A stretch of 64,000 bases of DNA, from contig MU057887.1 of NCBI GenBank assembly GCA_013265495.1, forward strand, positions 569,985 through 633,984. The letters run 5' to 3'. Numbering within the stretch: position 1 is the first letter of the stretch; every line of letters starts with the position of its first letter. Source of the stretch: Vicugna vicugna (lineage: Eukaryota). The notes below the pieces were generated by a model, which worked only from the letters and a program-made list of their open reading frames with translations, ran no database searches and was not told the DNA's origin. The translations under genes were made by a program, and so were the position numbers. Below are positions 63,345-64,000 of this stretch, in pieces.

Positions 63345-63445
63345 CATTTAGTCACTAATTTAATCCTCTCAACAACCCCATGAAGTAGGTACTACTATTA
63401 TTTCCATTTTATAGAAGAATAAACTAAGGCCCAGAGCAGTTACTC
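63345..63445 (-). mobile_element. MIR fragment
   Basis: 'tttaatcctctcaacaaccccatgaagtaggtactactattatttccattttataga...aaactaaggccca'. Confidence 0.8.
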
Positions 63446-64000
63446 CAGCAGGTGACATGATCCAAAAGGATAAACGGGTTCCAGAAAAATACTGTCTCAG
63501 CCTGTTAGCATAAAAATGCTGTGAGAGCTGGCATGTTAAAAACCAGTCCTGGCACCCAGCCCTTGCTCAGGACCCCGGGTAGTAAAAAGAGGACACGGGA
63601 CCCCATACTCCTAACCAGTTGGCCGAACAGCACTCCAACTCCATAAACCAGTGCTGTGTGTACCAGAGGCTCTTTTGAAAAGATGGGCATTTTCCGCGGG
63701 GGGAAGAGGGAGACCCCAGAAGCCAGAGCCATAGTCTGGGCCCTTGAGGGGCTCTCAGCCGGCGTGACGGGAGGCGGCCCCCCCACAAGGTGACGGCACC
63801 TGTCCTGGTTCAGATCCAAGGATGAACCCGTCCTGTGCTGGCTGGTCGTGCAGCCCAGAGTCTGGCCTGACCCTGCCTCTCCCTCTGGTGTGGCCTGAGT
63901 CAGGCCCTCCTCGCTGCTGTCTGGGGTGGGGCTTAGAAGCCCCCCCCCAGGAACCCAAGGTCGAGGTCATAGTGCTCCTCCCACTGCAGGGGGAGGGGTG

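Noticed and set aside
59399..64000. Searched for FBLN1 exon 2 (Cys-Cys anaphylatoxin-like domain)
   Set aside because: Not found; the region is intron 1.

Overview
Mammalian genomic DNA, most likely camelid (Camelus/Vicugna) judging by the tRNA-derived SINE family and young L1 3' ends. It covers the conserved SMC1B-RIBC2-FBLN1 locus: SMC1B exon 1 (minus, 3593-3701) head-to-head with an intact 7-exon RIBC2 (plus, CDS 4008-15484, 377 aa by manual splicing), about 44 kb of apparently intergenic DNA, then the FBLN1 CpG-island promoter and exon 1 (plus, 59323-59398). The rest is mostly L1, L2, MIR, MaLR/ERVL LTR, MER5 and SINE repeats, and nearly all short ORFs in the supplied track are spurious. 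The most interesting, unverified observation is that non-repetitive DNA between RIBC2 and FBLN1 holds a colinear series of minus-strand exon-like blocks with splice signals, stop- and frameshift-interrupted protein-like frames and RGS-domain-like motifs. This suggests a decayed multi-exon gene (possibly RGS22/RGSL1-like) head-to-head with FBLN1. Other items include an RFX/FOX/E2F6/BANP motif cluster in the SMC1B-RIBC2 promoter, an orphan CpG-rich LTR-derived element, a SINE with a six-fold amplified A-box head, a twin-primed L1 and a nested L1 cluster. Gene and repeat identities come from recalled sequences, not database searches.
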